DNA of 64,000 bases from Paramoeba atlantica. Taxonomy: Eukaryota; Protista; Discosea. The notes under the pieces are model-generated. The model saw only the letters and a list, made by a program, of their open reading frames with translations. It did no database searches and was not told the origin of the DNA. Below are positions 22,331 through 33,429 of this stretch, piece after piece. The position numbers were made by a program, and so were the translations under genes. The stretch covers positions 248,001 through 312,000 of the forward strand of contig CDRNVI010000020.1 of the NCBI GenBank assembly GCA_977017575.1, given 5' to 3'. Numbering within the stretch: the first letter of the stretch is position 1; the number at the start of each line of letters is the position of its first letter.

Positions 22331-23068
22331 TGTAAAAGAGCAGCTAGGTGAGCTGGAAGCGTGGGTAGGGGGCGATGGTATAATGGTGTGGATGGGGGTA
22401 AGCATAAAGCATGGATTTCATCTGCACATTTTTCCTAATAGAGATGAGCAGGGAAATAGAGTTACTGTGAACGCGGCTGTTTTCGAAGCTGCCATGACCA
22501 AGCGTAATGGTCTTTTGAACTACCTACACAGGCACCGTGCAGTTGTTGCTATGGACAATTGCCCTGCGCACAACTTGGCAAGGCGTACTTTTCAGCAGCA
22601 AAACGTGCGAACGCTCCCCTGGCCCGCAAAGTCACCGGATCTCAACCCCATCGAAAACTTGTGGAATATCATGGATCAGCACAAGGATCGCATGCGACCA
22701 CGCAATCGCGCAGATCTCCTCTCTTCTATCGAGAGTGCATACGAGGCACCTCAAACCGATCTCAAAAGTACTTGCGTGAAGACCATAAAGAGTGTCTCCA
22801 AGCGCTTTCAAATAGTTATTGAGAAAAAAGGGGGAAATTGTGGGTACTGAGATTTTTTTTGGAAAAAAAGGACTTTTTCGCTTAAAAAATAAAGTTGCAA
22901 TTCGTGTTTGGGACCATTCTAGCTTTCTTTGATTCCCGTAAACTTTCGCAGAGTGCTTTTTACGATTACACCAGACTATTTGAGAGCTCTCGAATGCGCT
23001 ATTACTTTCCAAAATTGAACAAGTTTTACGAATTTTAGACCCCCCCACTCTGAAGGTGCCCACCCCTG
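22331..23068 (+). mobile_element. 3' half of Tc1 element, copy 2
   Basis: Essentially identical to 13676-14413. Confidence 0.92.
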
Positions 23069-23278
23069 TATGTATGTGGTACCGTTTCTCCCAAACCCGC
23101 GCCACTATACATGTATGCTGGGAGTCACAATTGTATTATCAAATTTTCTGCCTCCTGGCGTTTACGTCTTTAACTGTATTAAGCCCATGATTAAATAGCG
23201 ATCAGCATTGAGTCTAAAAAGTGAACTGTACAGTTTCTTGTATCTAGTCACTTTCTAGTATTATTCCTTCAATATACC

Positions 23279-23884
23279 ATGGAGTCACGCCCCGCCAAGG
23301 TACGTGGTACCTTTCTTCCAAACGAATATCTGCTGGCGAATTTCATCCGTGGTATAGAAAACCCCCACCCCTCATGGACAACAGACACGCCTGCATGTAA
23401 GTGGATGGGTGCGTATTGCTATATCGAGAATGAAGTTCATGCCCTTATTTGGACTGAACTAAAACTTCAAGGTACAGTAGAGTGGAAACATCTGCCTTCT
23501 ACCTTGAGAAATTTAGGTTTGCAAAGAAATAAGCTGCGCGGGGAGGTAGATTTTTCTGTTCTCCCCGAAGCCCTCACGAAAATGTTGATCGGCAACAATT
23601 TGTTCTCGGGAGCACTTTGTTTTGAGAATTTCCCCCCATTTCTCACGGTGTTGGACCTATCAAACTGTTGTTTTAGTGGTCACGTGGATCTCGCTATACT
23701 GCAAGAGCGCGATTTTGGAGCCTTTAACCTCACGAACAATCCCGAACTAACGGGAACAGTGAAGGGCAAGCTTCCATTGCACCTACAGGAAGGCATTCCA
23801 CTTGCATGGCAAGGCCTAAAGCCCCCGCCCAAATTAGTAGCTAGTAAATCGAAGGTTAAGAAATTGACGCTAAGAAAGATATAG
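23279..23884 (+). CDS. Short LRR protein, copy 2
   Basis: Same protein as 14624-15229. Confidence 0.85.
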   Translation: MESRPAKVRGTFLPNEYLLANFIRGIENPHPSWTTDTPACKWMGAYCYIENEVHALIWTELKLQGTVEWKHLPSTLRNLGLQRNKLRGEVDFSVLPEALTKMLIGNNLFSGALCFENFPPFLTVLDLSNCCFSGHVDLAILQERDFGAFNLTNNPELTGTVKGKLPLHLQEGIPLAWQGLKPPPKLVASKSKVKKLTLRKI

Positions 23885-23924
23885 CATGACTCTATGTACT
23901 TTGTTTTGAGAAAATGTTGTTATA

Positions 23925-24845
23925 AACCCCCCGCAGCGAATAAGTCACCCCCCTCTTTTTTTTGTACAACGAGGCTTAGGGGGGTTGCGGCACCACTTTT
24001 TCGTTCAAAATTTTGAGATCTGCACGTTCCCGCTGTTTTTAGACTTCACAGATAACAAATTAAAACTCATTTTTTTAATGACGTTTTTAGATAGTCATGC
24101 CAATATTACCCGAAAAATCTCATGTTCCTCGACCAGGGGGGGAGAAGTGGGTCAACATGAAAATGGTGTCACAGATCTTCGCTAGGGGAACGAGATCTCT
24201 CGATTGCAACAAAAATGATTAAAAACAGAAAACAAACATTGAATTTGTCACGTGGTGGAATATTTCGCTTTGATTGGGTCTTTCTTGAAACGGTGATAAA
24301 TCAACTTTTTTAAGCTGTCCCCTTTACTTTTTGCTTGAAGGGGCCTAAGGGGGTTAAGATATCATTTTCTCGTTCAAAATTCTGAGATCTACACGTTGCC
24401 ACCATTTTTAGATCATTTTAGAAACTGAAAAAGAATATTGTTTTTAGGTTCTATTTTTTTGCATCGTCATACCACACTAATTTAAGAAAACAAACGCTCC
24501 GCGGCCAGGGGGCACAAGTGGGTCAATATTAAAAAATAGCGGCAAAGATCTTTGCTAGGAGAACGAGATCTCTCGATTGCAACAAAAATCAGCAAAAACG
24601 GACAAAAATAATTGAATTTCCCATGGGAGGAGAATATTTATTTTGTTAAAGTGTGAGAAATTGGTCTCTTGAAAAATGTGAAGAAAGTGATAATCCATCT
24701 ATCGGATGCACGCATTTGAGAGCCTTGGTTCCATGCTATAACGCGCAAAGTCTTTGTGTTGGGAACAGCAAAGTGCAACAAAAATGAGCTCAAACGGACA
24801 CTTGGCTGAAAAGTTAGAGGGGGTGACTTTTCGCTGTGGGGGGTT
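23925..24845. mobile_element. Non-autonomous Tc1-type element, copy 2
   Basis: Copy of 15270-16193. Confidence 0.8.
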
Positions 24846-26303
24846 TAAGAGGTTACATTCAAGGAAGATTGCACACTTTTCCCTTTTCTCCGTACTTTTT
24901 GGGCATCAAATTGCCTCCTTCAACGGTATTTGTGTGCACACCTTCTGGTGTTACCCATTCATTCCGATGGACTACTTGGATCCAGCGGTACTTGCCTGAG
25001 AAATCTGTCTGGTTGTGGCGTGCTCCATCGGTCGAGATGCGACAACGGGGTCCACGAGCCATTTCTTCAACGAGTGGTACCAACGTTTCCGCTCTCCTAT
25101 CGGGTACGGAATTCACAAACATTTGTTTTAGTTTCGCATCTCGGGTCGTGTCCGCCAAATTTTGTATGCCATTTTAATCACACAAGAGCACTTGTATCAT
25201 TCCAAGCACCCACGTCCGTTAAAGCCAACTGCTCTGCTCATCTCGGGTCGGGGCATCCAGAGCAGACCATTGAAATAGTACAAGAAAAGCGAGAAAAAAA
25301 TGTTCTTAGTGAATAGCAATAAGTTTATCACTTCATAAGATGCTTTTCTGTACAATTTTTGTTCAGAAAAAACAGATATTACTTTTTTTTTCAAGAAGTG
25401 TGCAATCTTCCTTGAATTCCACCTTATAACAATATGAAAGTTATGTCTGGGTAAATTTCTTTCGCCTAGAAAATCCCTTAGTTAATAGCAGTCTTGATGA
25501 ACTTCAAAAATTGTAAAAATTCGATTTTATTTAACTAGAAAAGTTATCTGCTATTTACCAAGTACTATGAGGGGTGGTCACCGCCAATGCGGCACTATTC
25601 TGCCATATTCTGCCGATCGCAAGGGTTTCGTCCTTTTGAGGCGTACTTTATTTTTGGAACCTACCCCGCGCCGCGAAGCGGCGCGCTTTTTTCGTGTGAA
25701 AAGCTTTTTTCGTTTTGGTAGTTATATACCCCTCCGGTATTATGTGATAAAAAACCGCGGTGGTTGTTTTCAACGTAGAATTCACTCATGCTGCGTGCTT
25801 CGAGTTGAAAACTACCTCCGCGTTTAATGAAGCGACTAAAAAAGAAAAATTGCCAAAAAGATCACGAATAATACAATTTTTTGTTTGAAAATGCCCGATT
25901 TGTGGGCCAAAAAAGCGAAATTTTGACCCAAATCTGGGCTGCTTTTGATGCCTTACCAGTAGGGGTAGGAGGCGCACCTCACGAAAAAACCGTCGTAGAA
26001 TGGTAGCCCAAACTCCTATTATTTTCCAAAATTGGACAACTTTTACGAATTTTAGACCCCCCCACCTTTAGGTTCGCACCCCTGTATGTTTTAGGAGTCG
26101 ATTTTGGAAAAATAATGTTTTTACTTTTCTTTTGGATTTCTTTTGGAATTTCGAACTTTTCGGGGCCCTCCTGCGCGTACCAGGGGGGGTCACCCCCAAG
26201 TGGGGGGGGGGGGAATTATCGCCGCTGCGTACCCTAACACTTCTCTTCGCTGGATTTCGAACCATAAATTTTTCAAAGGGCATATGCATTAAAGGGCATA
26301 TGA

Positions 26304-26876
26304 AAAGGCTTCTCCCCCTACGATCCGGTTACTTGGCAACCGTGGATCGACACGGATGATTTGTTCAAGCCACGTGAACTCATCCGTGAGCTGCGCGAAG
26401 CTCCGCAGCTTGGGGTACGCTTCAACCCTCCACCGCAGCGTGAGCGCCTGTTTAAAATGTTGACTGAATGGGTTTACGCTGCGCGCAACACAGAGGGTTG
26501 GCTAGAGAAGCACAACCTCGCCGTAGCCCTTCTCATCATCGAAGAGCTTCGCAACCATTATTGGGCTGCGGCGGGTGTTGCAGTCGAACGTGTGCAACAG
26601 CGGTTGCACCGTGACGACGACCCTCAGGACCGCTACGGTCAGCTTGTGGTCGACGAGCAACTGAGGGGCCGGACTGCGCAGCGTGCCCCTCGACGACGCA
26701 GCCAGGGACCGTTTTGTTTTGGCTGTCATCAGCCAGGCCACCTCCGATCGAATTGCCCGCAAACATCTCAACAACAGGGGGGGCAGTTCCGTACCACACG
26801 CGCCCCGCAACAGGATTTTCGAGGCGGGGTGGTGGGCGGCGCCAACCGTTACGGCGCATCGCGGGCTTTCCACTAG
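26304..26876 (+). CDS. Gag-like CCHC protein, truncated, copy 2
   Basis: As copy 1. Confidence 0.75.
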   Translation, partial: KGFSPYDPVTWQPWIDTDDLFKPRELIRELREAPQLGVRFNPPPQRERLFKMLTEWVYAARNTEGWLEKHNLAVALLIIEELRNHYWAAAGVAVERVQQRLHRDDDPQDRYGQLVVDEQLRGRTAQRAPRRRSQGPFCFGCHQPGHLRSNCPQTSQQQGGQFRTTRAPQQDFRGGVVGGANRYGASRAFH

Positions 26877-29754
26877 GAAATGCTCCCCACCCCAATTATT
26901 GCTCGTGCCCGTCGTCCCAGGCGACGACGGGTGGAATTTACTACCCCCATTCCCTCCCCGCTCCTCCGCCGACGAGAAAGACGGCCACGCATGCGTGGCA
27001 ATACTCCTCCTCCGCGTCAGTTCTCCCCGATACGTCTCCGTCGTCGCAGTCTCTCCCTCCCGGCTCGCCCTCTACCCCGGCTCTCCGTTCCCGCCGCAAC
27101 CGCCGCAACCGCCGCCGCCGCAACCGCCGCCGCCACTCTACGGCCGCCCGGGAAGCGCCGCCAAGAATTACTGGGGGCCATTCTCCAGATGCACCCCGAA
27201 GATCCCCGCGCCACTCAGATGAGCGAGGCGCTCCAGCCCATGTGGGCGACGGCCACGTGGGCCACAAGGGAGCGATTATGGTTCCGCCTGCGCGAGTACT
27301 GCCAGGCGAAGGGAATCACCGCGAATCCTGCAAACGCGGTGCTCTTCCTCGAGACTCTGCCTCTCGCTACCTCAACGCGCATGGGGTACGCAGGGGCATT
27401 GAGGACTCTATTCGAGCTCATGGGAATCGAAGGCACCCCATTGAGTCTCTACGTAAAGGCCCTGCAAGCGCAGGGGGGGCTAGAACCCACGCGGCAGATG
27501 CTTCCAATCACGCCACTTCTTCTAAAGAAGCTGAGACGTCATCTCGACGTAAAGGAGAGCATGTGTTGCCTCCTGTGTTGGAAAGCCGCTGCGAGATGGA
27601 CCGAGACCGCCGACCTGAGGCGGGAGCAGTTCGTGAGTGTGGCCAGTCACGAGGTAATCATTTATTGGGGCAGGGGGACAAAGACGACTCGTCTGAATCC
27701 TTACCGGCCGTACCTCTACGCGATAGTGACTGGCCCCGGAACACCCGAACTGGCTCAGTTTGTGGGAAGTTTGAGACCAGGCCAACGCCTGTGTTACACG
27801 ACGGTCCGGGAGATGGACCACAGGATGAATCAACTTCTCGGTCCCGGGTATGGAACACATTCCATAAAAAGAGGTGCGATTACTTACCTATTCCACGAGA
27901 TCTCCCTCGGGAATCTCAGGATGGAGGACGTCCAGAACCTCACGAAACACCTCAACGTCGAATCACTGTTGCGCTACAACGCAAGCAGTATTACAACGGC
28001 AAGGGCTCTCGGGACGCAGAGAGTCTCAGCACGTCTCCCAGTGCTGTAACCTCGGAGCACGTGGCAAAGTGCTTCGAGGAAGTGCCTTACCTTCACAGGC
28101 ACTCCGTTGTTTGTGCACGCCGCTCTTCACGGCTAGCCAAGGCACACGACGCTCACCTACCTTTGCACGTTAAGAAGTCGATACCTGTTATCCATTTGGA
28201 TCAGGTTAAGGAGTGGATGAGTATGTCAGCTGCCACTCGTTTTCGCAAGGTAGTGGATGAATTATTATGGGTACCTAAAGCCCCGTACCCCGAACCTAGT
28301 GTGAAAGGTTCATTGCCTGAGGCGGACGTCCGATTGTTGGAGGACGCAGGCATAATCTCTAAGGTCCCGGCGCAGGAGTTGAGAAAGCGCCCATCGATGC
28401 AGTTCATGATTCCCTTCACGGTTGTGGAGACCGATGATGAGGGCAATCAGCGCAGAAGATTTATTTCATGGACAAGGGACGATAACGATAGATTAAAATC
28501 ATATGAACCAAAGGTCCCATTATATCATCCCTCCAAGTATCTTCATAAGGCGCACGAGCCGATGGCTGTGAAGCGGGACTTCACATGCGGGTTTTACCAG
28601 ATTGGTATCCCGAAGAGGGCGCGGCCCAAATTCCGCCTTAGAACGACCAGTGGAGACGTGTATGAGATGAACGTCCTCCCGATGGGCCATAGGTGTGCAC
28701 CGGAGGTTATGCACACGGTTACCGCCGCGATTGCTGGCGAGGCGTCGATTTGTTCTCAGCGCTACTCGTTTCACCGAGGCGCTATCGACGTTTATGTTGA
28801 CGGAGTTCGGTTTGCAGGAACCGACTCCGAGGCCACCACGTACGCTCAGTTCATTGACGAGCGTTGCGACAAAGCGAACGGTCTTTTCAAAGATCGGGGT
28901 CAGCCCCCTGTAGCACAGTACGTGTCCAATGGGGTGGCGTTCGACCATAACGCGCATACGGTCTGCCTGGGGCCGCGAGTGATCAGGAAACTGCGAGCCG
29001 ACTCTTTCTTCAACATTTCCTTTGTTGACCTAGAGGCGGTGGTGGGGCGCCTCATTTATGGCTCCGCAGTTCTCCGACTCAATATGCCGCGATTTTATTT
29101 CGCTTTGAAGGTGGCGCAACGGCGTATCAACTTGTTGAACCGTTGCCCGAAGTTATGTGACCGTCCGGTCGCACTCCCTGTCGTCACTCGCTCCATGCTA
29201 GCAGAGTGGAGAAACGAGTTGTTGGAGAATGTTCCACGGTCTCCACCTCCCCATCCCGATGTTGTTCCACACAAGCATCGTCTCTACACCGATGCCTCGG
29301 TGAAAGGGTGGGGAGCGATTATGTATTTAGACAGCGGAGAGGTTTTGATTACGGGAGAGGCGTGGCCTGAGTCCTCCTCGTATGAGGTGAATCGTGCGGA
29401 AGCTGCAGCAGTCCGCCTAGCCCTCGAGAAGTTTTCCGCGCATTGCCCCGTGGAACCTGCTTGGATGTTTTTGTTGATAACACCTCCTGTCAGGCTGCAC
29501 TGAACAGGAGGATCTCCAAGTCAGAGGGGGTTTCAATGGAATTGCGCGAAGTCCTGCGACTGACAGAGGACAAAGGTATTTATGTGAAGGCAGCGTATAT
29601 ATCCACGGATGAGAACCCGGCGGATGCTGTCAGTCGCGGGAAGGAGATTGAGAGAGAGAAGGTTGAGAAATATAAAGGCAACATCGACAAATACAGCGAT
29701 AATCAGCATCATCATATTGGTAAGCTAGACAGTCATATTGAAGGAAAACCCTAG
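26714..29754 (+). pseudogene. RT-RNase H, copy 2, same frameshift near 29443
   Basis: As copy 1. Confidence 0.88.
26880..28049 (+). CDS. Tyrosine recombinase, copy 2
   Basis: Same protein as copy 1. Confidence 0.88.
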   Translation: MLPTPIIARARRPRRRRVEFTTPIPSPLLRRRERRPRMRGNTPPPRQFSPIRLRRRSLSLPARPLPRLSVPAATAATAAAATAAATLRPPGKRRQELLGAILQMHPEDPRATQMSEALQPMWATATWATRERLWFRLREYCQAKGITANPANAVLFLETLPLATSTRMGYAGALRTLFELMGIEGTPLSLYVKALQAQGGLEPTRQMLPITPLLLKKLRRHLDVKESMCCLLCWKAAARWTETADLRREQFVSVASHEVIIYWGRGTKTTRLNPYRPYLYAIVTGPGTPELAQFVGSLRPGQRLCYTTVREMDHRMNQLLGPGYGTHSIKRGAITYLFHEISLGNLRMEDVQNLTKHLNVESLLRYNASSITTARALGTQRVSARLPVL

Positions 29755-30914
29755 GGGACAGGAACACCAAATACAAAAAAAAAGACAAAAAAAAAAAAAA
29801 AAAAAAAAAGAGCGGACGGGGTCCTGGGGTATGGAGGTTGTCCCTATAATTTTGGAAGGTTATGGATGTTAATCGGTTAACAGGCTTTATTCTCACGCCT
29901 TGTTTCCTTTTCGGAAGCAAGGTTCCCCAATGTGAGGTAAATATGAGTAAAGGTTTCCTTTATTCTACGATTAACGCCTTAATGTTTTTTAACCGCGTCA
30001 CTGTTGACACGGCCGTACACCACGCCTAGTTGCTCCACACTTCTAGGTCCCAAGTTGGTGCATGGGCAGAGGTTGAAAGCGTAACCTGTGTAGCTCGTGT
30101 GAGCTTGTAAAGGGCGTGGCAGTGGACTGGTCATCTATTGCTATCGTTATCCTTGTACGAGTTCTGTAAGTGAGGTTTGATTATGATTTCTTTTCTATAT
30201 ATGATTTACTATGTGTCCGGGCATTTTTATACAGGTTTTATTTTGTGTGACGTGTGTGCGGGCAGGTTGGTCGAGGGTTCCGGTGGGGGGAACCCCGTTA
30301 ACAGAGTGACAGTGACATATATGTTTGCAGGCCTAAAATTGTCGTGAGAACATATTATTTACAGTTTAATGTTGATGTTATGTTTTGAGATTGGGAAATA
30401 GGGCTTGTGAGCAATCAGATACATTTTAGTTGTTTCTTTGTTTACTATTCGATACATGTTATTTATTATGCCCCGCGGCGTGGATTTCTAATAGTCCACG
30501 TTTGGAAATTTAGCCGCGGGGCAGGGAGTTGTTTATGCCTGCTTGGCCCTTCGGGGCACATAATTTCTTCAAATTATGATTTGTTTCAAATAGTGTTGTA
30601 ATTTCATTATTCATTCTTTATATTCTTGGTAGGCTATTTTTTCTACTTACGTTTCAAAAGTTTTTGTGCCCGCCCACCGAGCCCCCAGCCATTTGGTCGA
30701 GGGTTCCGGTGGGGGGAACCCCGTTAACAGAGTGACAGTGACATATATGTTTGCAGGCCTAAAATTGTCGTGAGAACATATTATTTACAGTTTAATGTTG
30801 ATGTTATGTTTTGAGATTGGGAAATAGGGCTTGTGAGCAATCAGATACATTTTAGTTGTTTCTTTGTTTACTATTCGATACATGTTATTTATTATGCCCC
30901 GCGGCGTGGATTTC

Positions 30915-31652
30915 TGTAAAAGAGCAGCTAGGTGAGCTGGAAGCGTGGGTAGGGGGCGATGGTATAATGGTGTGGATGGGGGTAAGCATAAAGCATGGAT
31001 TTCATCTGCACATTTTTCCTAATAGAGATGAGCAGGGAAATAGAGTTACTGTGAACGCGGCTGTTTTCGAAGCTGCCATGACCAAGCGTAATGGTCTTTT
31101 GAACTACCTACACAGGCACCGTGCAGTTGTTGCTATGGACAATTGCCCTGCGCACAACTTGGCAAGGCGTACTTTTCAGCAGCAAAACGTGCGAACGCTC
31201 CCCTGGCCCGCAAAGTCACCGGATCTCAACCCCATCGAAAACTTGTGGAATATCATGGATCAGCACAAGGATCGCATGCGACCACGCAATCGCGCAGATC
31301 TCCTCTCTTCTATCGAGAGTGCATACGAGGCACCTCAAACCGATCTCAAAAGTACTTGCGTGAAGACCATAAAGAGTGTCTCCAAGCGCTTTCAAATAGT
31401 TATTGAGAAAAAAGGGGGAAATTGTGGGTACTGAGATTTTTTTTGGAAAAAAAGGACTTTTTCGCTTAAAAAATAAAGTTGCAATTCGTGTTTGGGACCA
31501 TTCTAGCTTTCTTTGATTCCCGTAAACTTTCGCAGAGTGCTTTTTACGATTACACCAGACTATTTGAGAGCTCTCGAATGCGCTATTACTTTCCAAAATT
31601 GAACAAGTTTTACGAATTTTAGACCCCCCCACTCTGAAGGTGCCCACCCCTG
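30915..31652 (+). mobile_element. 3' half of Tc1 element, copy 3
   Basis: Copy of 13676-14413. Confidence 0.92.
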
Positions 31653-31862
31653 TATGTATGTGGTACCGTTTCTCCCAAACCCGCGCCACTATACATGTAT
31701 GCTGGGAGTCACAATTGTATTATCAAATTTTCTGCCTCCTGGCGTTTACGTCTTTAACTGTATTAAGCCCATGATTAAATAGCGATCAGCATTGAGTCTA
31801 AAAAGTGAACTGTACAGTTTCTTGTATCTAGTCACTTTCTAGTATTATTCCTTCAATATACC

Positions 31863-32468
31863 ATGGAGTCACGCCCCGCCAAGGTACGTGGTACCTTTCT
31901 TCCAAACGAATATCTGCTGGCGAATTTCATCCGTGGTATAGAAAACCCCCACCCCTCATGGACAACAGACACGCCTGCATGTAAGTGGATGGGTGCGTAT
32001 TGCTATATCGAGAATGAAGTTCATGCCCTTATTTGGACTGAACTAAAACTTCAAGGTACAGTAGAGTGGAAACATCTGCCTTCTACCTTGAGAAATTTAG
32101 GTTTGCAAAGAAATAAGCTGCGCGGGGAGGTAGATTTTTCTGTTCTCCCCGAAGCCCTCACGAAAATGTTGATCGGCAACAATTTGTTCTCGGGAGCACT
32201 TTGTTTTGAGAATTTCCCCCCATTTCTCACGGTGTTGGACCTATCAAACTGTTGTTTTAGTGGTCACGTGGATCTCGCTATACTGCAAGAGCGCGATTTT
32301 GGAGCCTTTAACCTCACGAACAATCCCGAACTAACGGGAACAGTGAAGGGCAAGCTTCCATTGCACCTACAGGAAGGCATTCCACTTGCATGGCAAGGCC
32401 TAAAGCCCCCGCCCAAATTAGTAGCTAGTAAATCGAAGGTTAAGAAATTGACGCTAAGAAAGATATAG
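31863..32468 (+). CDS. Short LRR protein, copy 3
   Basis: Same protein as 14624-15229. Confidence 0.85.
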   Translation: MESRPAKVRGTFLPNEYLLANFIRGIENPHPSWTTDTPACKWMGAYCYIENEVHALIWTELKLQGTVEWKHLPSTLRNLGLQRNKLRGEVDFSVLPEALTKMLIGNNLFSGALCFENFPPFLTVLDLSNCCFSGHVDLAILQERDFGAFNLTNNPELTGTVKGKLPLHLQEGIPLAWQGLKPPPKLVASKSKVKKLTLRKI

Positions 32469-32508
32469 CATGACTCTATGTACTTTGTTTTGAGAAAATG
32501 TTGTTATA

Positions 32509-33429
32509 AACCCCCCGCAGCGAATAAGTCACCCCCCTCTTTTTTTTGTACAACGAGGCTTAGGGGGGTTGCGGCACCACTTTTTCGTTCAAAATTTTGA
32601 GATCTGCACGTTCCCGCTGTTTTTAGACTTCACAGATAACAAATTAAAACTCATTTTTTTAATGACGTTTTTAGATAGTCATGCCAATATTACCCGAAAA
32701 ATCTCATGTTCCTCGACCAGGGGGGGAGAAGTGGGTCAACATGAAAATGGTGTCACAGATCTTCGCTAGGGGAACGAGATCTCTCGATTGCAACAAAAAT
32801 GATTAAAAACAGAAAACAAACATTGAATTTGTCACGTGGTGGAATATTTCGCTTTGATTGGGTCTTTCTTGAAACGGTGATAAATCAACTTTTTTAAGCT
32901 GTCCCCTTTACTTTTTGCTTGAAGGGGCCTAAGGGGGTTAAGATATCATTTTCTCGTTCAAAATTCTGAGATCTACACGTTGCCACCATTTTTAGATCAT
33001 TTTAGAAACTGAAAAAGAATATTGTTTTTAGGTTCTATTTTTTTGCATCGTCATACCACACTAATTTAAGAAAACAAACGCTCCGCGGCCAGGGGGCACA
33101 AGTGGGTCAATATTAAAAAATAGCGGCAAAGATCTTTGCTAGGAGAACGAGATCTCTCGATTGCAACAAAAATCAGCAAAAACGGACAAAAATAATTGAA
33201 TTTCCCATGGGAGGAGAATATTTATTTTGTTAAAGTGTGAGAAATTGGTCTCTTGAAAAATGTGAAGAAAGTGATAATCCATCTATCGGATGCACGCATT
33301 TGAGAGCCTTGGTTCCATGCTATAACGCGCAAAGTCTTTGTGTTGGGAACAGCAAAGTGCAACAAAAATGAGCTCAAACGGACACTTGGCTGAAAAGTTA
33401 GAGGGGGTGACTTTTCGCTGTGGGGGGTT
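32509..33429. mobile_element. Non-autonomous Tc1-type element, copy 3
   Basis: Copy of 15270-16193. Confidence 0.8.

Larger units (their letters stand above)
17650..22331 (+). mobile_element. VIPER-like tyrosine-recombinase retrotransposon, 5'-truncated, copy 1
   Basis: gag(CCHC)-YR-RT/RNaseH order; A-rich tract 21120-21227; 223-bp direct repeats 21683-21905 and 22109-22331. Confidence 0.9.
26303..30915 (+). mobile_element. VIPER-like YR retrotransposon, copy 2
   Basis: Near-identical to copy 1; direct repeats 30267-30489 and 30693-30915. Confidence 0.9.
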
